From IMG/VR virus record IMGVR_UViG_3300020576_007701: a stretch of DNA of 64,000 nucleotides. One strand, written 5' to 3'. Positions 61,398 through 64,000 of the stretch are shown one piece after another. The notes under the pieces are model-generated. The model ran no database searches, was not told the origin of the DNA, and saw only the letters and a program-made list of their open reading frames with translations. Numbering within the stretch: position 1 is the first letter of the stretch; each line of letters starts with the position of its first letter. Made by a program: the position numbers and the translations under genes. The DNA comes from a virus. Lineage: Duplodnaviria > Caudoviricetes.

Positions 61398-61429
61398 ATT
61401 GCTAAGTCAATGATTTTTAGCTATATTTG
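61398..61429 (+). promoter_or_regulatory. Bacteroidota-type promoter
   Basis: ATTG-N20-TATATTTG just upstream of the primase ATG. Confidence 0.55.
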
Positions 61430-61434
61430 CATGT

Positions 61435-62418
61435 ATGTCCAGCGACAAAAACAATCTTTTAATAATCAATATTGTCCAAGGTTTTCTTGGAACACCCAGA
61501 CATTCAAGCGGTGCTGAGTCAAGGTTGCAATGGGAATTTAATTGTCCTTCTCCAAAATGTAGAGGTGATCATAATAAATTTAATTTAGCATATCGCTCTG
61601 ATTCTAAGATATTTAAGTGCTGGAAATGTAAATATAGCGGTTTTGTAACAACTCTTGTTGGTAACCACGGATCAAAAGACGATATAGCCAGGCTAAGGCT
61701 GGTTTTGCCAAAGTATGACCAATCTAGCTTTCAAACTTTTAAACGCCCAGATATTGACTATACGTCTATTGCGTGCGATTTGCCAGTGGGATACATGCCG
61801 TTATCCCAAGAAAGAAAAAGCAAGCTCTGGGAGCGTGCTTGGGAGTACATGACAATAGAACGAAAAGTTAGTCTTCCACAAATTGATAAGTTTAAAATAG
61901 GTTATACAGAAAACGGACCAAGAAAATATAGAATTATAATGCCTTCTTTGAATGCGGCTGGTAGAATTAATTATTATGAAGCAAGAGCTTATTTAAAAGA
62001 TGCCAAGAGACCGTATTGGAAACCAGACTCACCTCATGTGCACGATATAATTTATAATGAATATTATATAAATTGGGATTTGCCGATTTACTTGGTAGAG
62101 GGTGTTTTTGATTCATACAGAATTCAAAATTCTATACCACTACTTGGCAAAACGCCATCTCCTCTTTTGATAAGTAAATTATTAGAGCATAATAGCACTG
62201 TAATAATCTGTCTTGACTCAGATGCGTTTAAAGATAGTGTAGATTTTTACAAAATGCTTTCTTCTCTTGGATTAAATGTTTTTTTTATTGATCTAAAGGG
62301 TGAAAAAGATATTTCAAAAATATATGAAGATCATGGGCAAGAAAGATTAAACGAAATATTAAAGCAGCCAAAAAGAATTGATACTCTTTTTGAAATTAAT
62401 AAAATACTAAACGAATAA
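61435..62418 (+). CDS. DNA primase (Zn-binding + TOPRIM)
   Basis: CPSPKC..CWKC; RIIMPS; LVEGVFD; CLDSDA; KDIS. Confidence 0.88.
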   Translation: MSSDKNNLLIINIVQGFLGTPRHSSGAESRLQWEFNCPSPKCRGDHNKFNLAYRSDSKIFKCWKCKYSGFVTTLVGNHGSKDDIARLRLVLPKYDQSSFQTFKRPDIDYTSIACDLPVGYMPLSQERKSKLWERAWEYMTIERKVSLPQIDKFKIGYTENGPRKYRIIMPSLNAAGRINYYEARAYLKDAKRPYWKPDSPHVHDIIYNEYYINWDLPIYLVEGVFDSYRIQNSIPLLGKTPSPLLISKLLEHNSTVIICLDSDAFKDSVDFYKMLSSLGLNVFFIDLKGEKDISKIYEDHGQERLNEILKQPKRIDTLFEINKILNE

Positions 62419-62450
62419 AATACGGAGTTAAATGTTTTAAAATATAAAAT

Positions 62451-62753
62451 ATGAAAAGATTAATTAATGCAATAAAAATGGGTTTTTTTACATATAAAAA
62501 TCCAAAAATTTTTCAGCAATATACTTTTAAAATGCTTGCCGATTTATTTGAACTAATTTTAAAGGTATCTCATGAGGATAGGCATATGATGACTCATATT
62601 GCTTTTATTCATCCAGAAGACGGCACCGAACATCAGATAGTATCTATTTGGGCTGGAGCTGGTGCCGCTGCAGAACCAACAAAAAGAATAAAAGAATTAT
62701 TAGAAGAAAACTCTAGGTTAAAAGCATTGTTAAACCAACAAATTAAAAATTAA
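62451..62753 (+). CDS. Hypothetical protein
   Basis: 100-aa ORF. Confidence 0.6.
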   Translation: MKRLINAIKMGFFTYKNPKIFQQYTFKMLADLFELILKVSHEDRHMMTHIAFIHPEDGTEHQIVSIWAGAGAAAEPTKRIKELLEENSRLKALLNQQIKN

Positions 62754-62762
62754 CAACCATTC

Positions 62763-62792
62763 ATGAAAATTGCACATTTAGCGGATATACAA
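62763..62792 (+). pseudogene. Relic original 5' end of the SbcD/Mre11 gene (MKIAHLADIQ)
   Basis: Ten codons matching the downstream gene start MRICHLADIQ; the frame then runs into unrelated sequence and stops at 62846. Confidence 0.88.
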
Positions 62793-63754
62793 TTATTTAT
62801 TTGTGAATGTCAAATATCTATGCTTTTTTATCATATTTATCAATAAAAACAAATTATGATAAAATGTGAAATATGCAAACAAGAGTTTAAACAAATTAGT
62901 AATACCCATTTAATTGAACACAATATAGATAAAAATGAATATAGAAGACTTTTTCCAGAAGCAAAATTGAAAAGTGTTTGGAATTTAGGCTTAAATAAAG
63001 AAAGCGATAAGAGGGTTCTAAAAAACGCCTTGGCGCTTAAAGCTAATCACTGGGTTAAAGACGAAGAAAAAAAGAAAAACATATCTAATAAAATAAGTCT
63101 TAGTAAGACTGGAGGTAAAATAAGTGAGAAAATTAAAGAACAATTCAGGCAAAAATATAAAGGTCAAGGCAATCCAAATTTTGGTAACACATGGTCTGAT
63201 GAACAAAAAAAAGAATCATCTGATAGAATGAAAGAAAAATATAAAGATCCAGAATATGTTGAAAAGTTTAAAAATTCTCATTGGAGTAACAATGAAGAAA
63301 AAAAACAAATAGTCACAAAAAAAGCTTCAGAGTATATAGCAAATGCAATTAGTTTAGGGATAATTAAAATTAATACTGGATATAAATGCGGCTGGATTTA
63401 TTCTGAAAAAATGAAACAAGAATTTTATTACATGTCTTCTTACGAACTTAGAAGAATGATTTTATTAGAAAAATCAGAATTGGTAAAAGAGTATACAAAC
63501 AAACATGGAATAAAATTGCAATACAATAATAAAAAAGGTGGTTTATCTTATTATATACCAGATATTTTAATTACATTTTACAATGGGGATGTACGTTTAG
63601 AAGAGGTAAAGGGCTATGTAAGAGATAAAGATGTTTTTACATTAAAAAATGAAGTTGCAAAATCATATTGTAAAGAAAATAATATAGAGTATAAAATAAT
63701 ATTTAAAAAAGATATAGAAAATTTATGAGAATTTGTCATTTAGCGGATATACAA
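62775..63754 (+). repeat. Perfect 18-bp direct repeat CATTTAGCGGATATACAA flanking the endonuclease cassette
   Basis: Copies at 62775-62792 and 63737-63754, 962 nt apart. Confidence 0.95.
62856..63728 (+). mobile_element. Free-standing endonuclease gene: C2H2-like Zn finger + NUMOD3-like + TnsA-like PD-(D/E)XK nuclease
   Basis: CEICK..THL..H, GNPNFG..WSDE, YMSSYELR, YIPDILI...LEEVKG; TATTTAT at 62834-62840; ATGA overlap with sbcD. Confidence 0.8.
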
Positions 63755-64000
63755 GTAAGATTTGGATCTAGACACGACGAGTACAGAGCTGTGTTTAAAA
63801 GCCTTATTGAAGATCTTGAAAAAGTAAAACCAGACAGAATCGTGGTTGCTGGAGATATTAGCCATCATAAAATAAATATGTCTCCTGGTTCTTTTAATTT
63901 AATTTCAGAACTATTAATAGGTTTATCAAGGGTTGCACCAACTGATGTGATTTTAGGAAACCACGACATGAACTTGCAACAGTTAGAACAAGGTGATGCA
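63725..64000 (+). CDS. SbcD/Mre11 (T4 gp47-like) recombination nuclease, 3'-truncated by the window edge
   Basis: Not in the track. MRICHLADIQ, VVAGDISH and LGNHD phosphoesterase motifs; near primase and RuvC. Confidence 0.88.
   Translation, partial: MRICHLADIQVRFGSRHDEYRAVFKSLIEDLEKVKPDRIVVAGDISHHKINMSPGSFNLISELLIGLSRVAPTDVILGNHDMNLQQLEQGDA

Noticed and set aside
62763-62846. 27-aa ORF MKIAHLADIQLFICECQ... as an independent gene
   Set aside because: The first 10 codons are the sbcD relic and the rest runs through the endonuclease promoter region.
62793-63736. Group I/II intron or intein explanation for the sbcD insertion (and likewise gmd)
   Set aside because: The inserts are almost entirely ORF plus a short AT-rich promoter gap, leaving no room for a ribozyme core. 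There are no intein Cys/His-Asn ends, and the downstream copy has its own ATG.
1-64000. Genome-wide stop-codon reassignment (TGA or TAG)
   Set aside because: Genes are full length in code 11. TGA ends trxA, fcl and others at expected positions and TAG ends 59361 and 61391; only one internal TGA was found.

Overview
AT-rich, densely coding segment of a large T4-like myovirus (jumbo-phage type), read in the standard genetic code. The host is probably Bacteroidota: there are TTTG-N20-TAnnTT promoters and A-rich starts without Shine-Dalgarno sequences. Left to right it holds: a vWA protein, acidic head-associated proteins, PhoH and thioredoxin; a ~16 kb sugar-nucleotide/glycosyltransferase cluster (Gmd, a ColD-like His-type dehydratase, an Fcl/ColC-like reductase, GT11, GT10, GT2s, an epimerase-cupin-C-methyltransferase fusion and a DUF1796-ACP fusion); a metallophosphoesterase; a histone-H1-like/vWA fusion; a gp55-like late sigma factor; a baseplate/tail module (gp5-, gp25-, gp6-, P2 gpI- and tail-collar-like); then RuvC, primase and the start of an SbcD/Mre11 nuclease. 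The most striking pattern is five intron-less endonuclease genes from four nuclease families. At least two are cassettes of late promoter + endonuclease + replacement N-terminus, inserted inside the first codons of a conserved gene (gmd, sbcD). The dead original start is left upstream and the gene restarts from a codon overlapping the endonuclease stop. All five abut a short patch of G/C-ending codons in the neighbouring gene, consistent with recoded, cleavage-immune target sites. Other highlights: an in-frame TGA at a probable Trp in a virion gene, a sense-strand TATTTAT late-promoter motif, stand-alone fragments resembling major capsid and neck proteins, and a recurring [ST]-[GA]-x-[TS] motif in tail proteins. 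All family assignments come from motif recognition by eye; no database searches were run.
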